Shown here in pieces: positions 62,941 to 64,000 of a DNA stretch of 64,000 nt. The first letter of the stretch is position 1. The number at the start of each line of letters is the position of its first letter. Source of the DNA: Malacoraja senta (Eukaryota); NCBI GenBank assembly GCA_038087875.1, contig CM075996.1:8682001-8746000 (forward strand). The letters are read 5' to 3'. Below the pieces are notes generated by a model. That model saw nothing but the letters and a program-made list of their open reading frames with translations. It had not been told where the DNA came from and searched no databases. The position numbers and the translations under genes are program-made.

Positions 62941-64000
62941 GGACTTCCGGTGGCGAGGCGAGCAGATGGCTGTTTAATCTCGAGCTCCCGATAGCAAGTT
63001 TAAAACTAGCCTCCCTTATGGCCCTGTCCCACGGTACGAGTTCATTTAAGAGCTCACCCGAGTTTGCCCTGATTCGAACTCGGAGATTTACGGTAATGGC
63101 CACTCGTCGGTATTCGGGGCTCTCGTGGACATTTTTCAACATGTTGAAAAATCTTCACGAGTCTTCCCGTGCTTACCTGCCGTTAGCGAGTCTTCCCGAG
63201 TACCTGCCGTCAGCGTAACGAGCCGCTAAGAGACATCCACGAGCTCCGATGTACCCGCCACGTACATTCTCCGTGCTTACCACGAGTTTGATTTTTCTTT
63301 AAACTCGGGAGAGCTCTTGGAATGAACTCGCACCGTGGGACAGGGCCATTAATTCACTAATTGCCACATAATTCGCAGTATTCTGTATTGGAATGAGTGG
63401 GAGAGCGACAACTAGAAGTCAAAAGAAACGTGACGGACGAGAAAGAAAGAATTCACCGGAGATGGACAAAGCTCAAAGCTCAAACGATGAGTCGGCAGAA
63501 ACCATGCGCTCAATGCTCCACAATATCAGTAAGGAAATACGTGACTTCAGGGCTGAATATAAAGTGGACTTACATAAACTTAAAGAATGACTCAAAGAAG
63601 ACATGAAAGCCAAACTCAAAGATCTGAAGCAAGAAATTTACCACAAACTTTCTGCTAACTTCCAACAAATCCATGCCCACGAAACTAGACTAAACAAAGC
63701 AGAGGCACGAATCGAAGAGGTGGAGACAATTAGCATGGCTATGAAAAATGGACTGATTAAATCTATGAAAAAACAGAAAGTCATGCAAGAAAAACTGACT
63801 GATTTGGAAGGACGGTCCCGACGAAATAACATTCGCATCTACGGCGTACCCGAAGAGAAAGAAGGCAAATCCATGTCTGAATTTGTGGAGCAACTTTTGA
63901 AAACTGAACTGGCAATAACAACAGACACCAACGTACAGATCCAGCTTTGGCTCACAAACCGGAATGTAACGCACCACCTGGGTCCATAGTGGTCAATTTC
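62941..64000 (+). mobile_element. L1-clade LINE 5' end: 5' UTR and ORF1 (63393-63989) with an in-frame premature TGA at 63588-63590
   Basis: Starts ggacttccggt; coiled coil followed by LTDLEGRSRRNNIRIYGVPE (L1 ORF1p motif); the two ORF-track pieces are in the same frame. Confidence 0.85.
63019..63348. mobile_element. PIF/Harbinger-type MITE, family B, inserted in the L1 5' UTR
   Basis: TIR TGGCCCTGTCCCACGGT..; TTA TSD; near-identical to 36249-36532. Confidence 0.88.

Overview
Repeat-dense vertebrate DNA. The repeat set (HE1/V-SINE-like tRNA SINEs, CR1, Penelope, RTE, Rex1, L1, L2) points to a cartilaginous fish, probably a skate or ray; this is an inference. Two host genes lie on the minus strand. 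One is the single coding exon of MGAT3 (GnT-III, 57600-59141). The other is the first two coding exons of a MICAL-like gene, most likely MICALL1 (exon 1 28909-29048 in a CpG island; 49-nt exon 2 11227-11275), which the ORF track misses. I could not find exon 3 in the window. Almost everything else is transposon debris. The most notable observations are: (1) about 30 short Penelope-derived units carrying a minimal hammerhead-ribozyme core, several with their own target-site duplications or as fold-back palindromes; (2) a +1/-1 compensated frameshift that rewrites the MGAT3 signal anchor; (3) a covarying pseudoknot in two RTE 5' UTRs; (4) locally templated DNA at the 5' junctions of several LINE insertions; (5) clean Harbinger, hAT and Tigger MITEs. 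Repeat boundaries were read by eye and are approximate unless a TSD is quoted.
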